Source: Orbicella franksi
Taxonomy: Eukaryota
DNA length: 64,000 nt
Assembly: GCA_964199315.1 (NCBI GenBank)
Contig: OZ116709.1
Span: 10,726,001 to 10,790,000, forward strand
Direction of reading: 5' to 3'
Of the stretch, positions 62,983 to 64,000 are shown in pieces. How positions within the stretch are numbered: position 1 is the stretch's first letter; every line of letters begins with the position of its first letter. The notes under the pieces are model-generated. The model was not told the DNA's origin. It searched no databases and saw only the letters and a program-made list of their open reading frames with translations. A program made the translations under genes and the position numbers.

Positions 62983-64000
62983 CTGTATAGAAAGGCAGAA
63001 AGTTACAAAGTAAAATGAACTAGTGTAGAAATTTCGAAAGAAACAGGATTTAAAATAACTGATTCATTATTCACTCCACTATTCGGAATTATCTTCCAAT
63101 CCGGGCGTGGAAACTTTAACAAAACAATGTAACAAGTAGGCAAGGAACAAATATTCTTTTTCGATAGTGTTGGTAGAATTTCTAATTTCTTTACCAGGTA
63201 TTTTTTTTAGCTTGTGTCAGATTAAAAACGGTAAACGTGTGCAGTATATGTAAAACATTACTCGATAGGTGTACCATTATTGATGCAGCGCCTTGAAAGC
63301 AAAACATTAACTTTGTTTAAACTTCAATTTACGTATTATGCTAAGCCACTGACGAAAAAAGGTTAATACATCTGCTAGTATAAATTTTGGTTGATATATT
63401 TCTAATATTAGCATAAGGATGAAAATGAAATATACTTTTCATTTTTGCGAAAAACGTCAGTAGAAATAATCAGATTGTAGTGGTCCGAGGTTTCGATGTT
63501 TCAAACTTCATTTTCAAGGTAAGAGTGAAAATATCGGAGTTGACACATGATAAGAATTTAAGTAAGTGAAAAAGCTGCTCATATTGTGAGTTTGTAATAT
63601 ACCCGTACATGGTGATGCCCAAATTGAACTTTTGAACTTTTTCAAATGGTGACTCCATAATGAAAAAGCTCAATTTTAGGATACTATTCTTCCGCCATTA
63701 TGTCTACAAGAGGAAGTTGAATGTGGAAGAACTGTGTCTCCCCAATTCCCGATCTTGTAAATAAGATAATGTTTCAATATCCTACTGAGAAGCTTTTAAA
63801 TTGATTAGCTAATGCGCATCCTCGAACCATAGCTGTAATAATTTCGCCTCTCGCTCGATGAAAGCTCTGTATTTTATTTTATTTTATTTTTACTTTTCTT
63901 TATTTTATTTTATCTTTCCTTTATTTTAATAAAGAAAAGATGGAGCATCTTTTCTTTATTAAGATAAAGAAAAAATACTCCACTGCTCATCTTTGTAATA

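Noticed and set aside
63927-63962. Short AT-rich hairpin as a terminator or miRNA
   Set aside because: It is too short and lies in low-complexity sequence, with no supporting context.

Overview
Eukaryotic, AT-rich, intron-containing DNA. The gene and repeat content looks like a stony coral or related cnidarian, which is an inference and not proven. The left third (1-23 kb) holds three housekeeping genes reconstructed by hand. (1) PCMTD1/2-like, minus strand, 3 coding exons, 284 aa, ending in a compact canonical SOCS box. (2) FKBP12, plus strand, 5 exons, 107 aa, divergent from PCMTD; its last intron is a minor-spliceosome AT-AC intron. (3) CABLES, plus strand, 11 exons, 439 aa, with a 267-nt assembly gap in an intron. 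The right two thirds (24-64 kb) is a tandem array of eight intronless class A GPCR genes, all on the plus strand: three intact, one intact but N-terminally shortened, and four pseudogenes. Mobile elements are dense here: a full-length L1/Tx1 LINE and an integrase-less Gypsy element inserted inside GPCR coding sequences, two Sola3-like transposon relics, RTE, BEL and L1 fragments, TTAA-flanked and other MITEs, tRNA-derived elements and long palindromes. All coordinates, splice junctions and identities were read by eye, and no database search was run.
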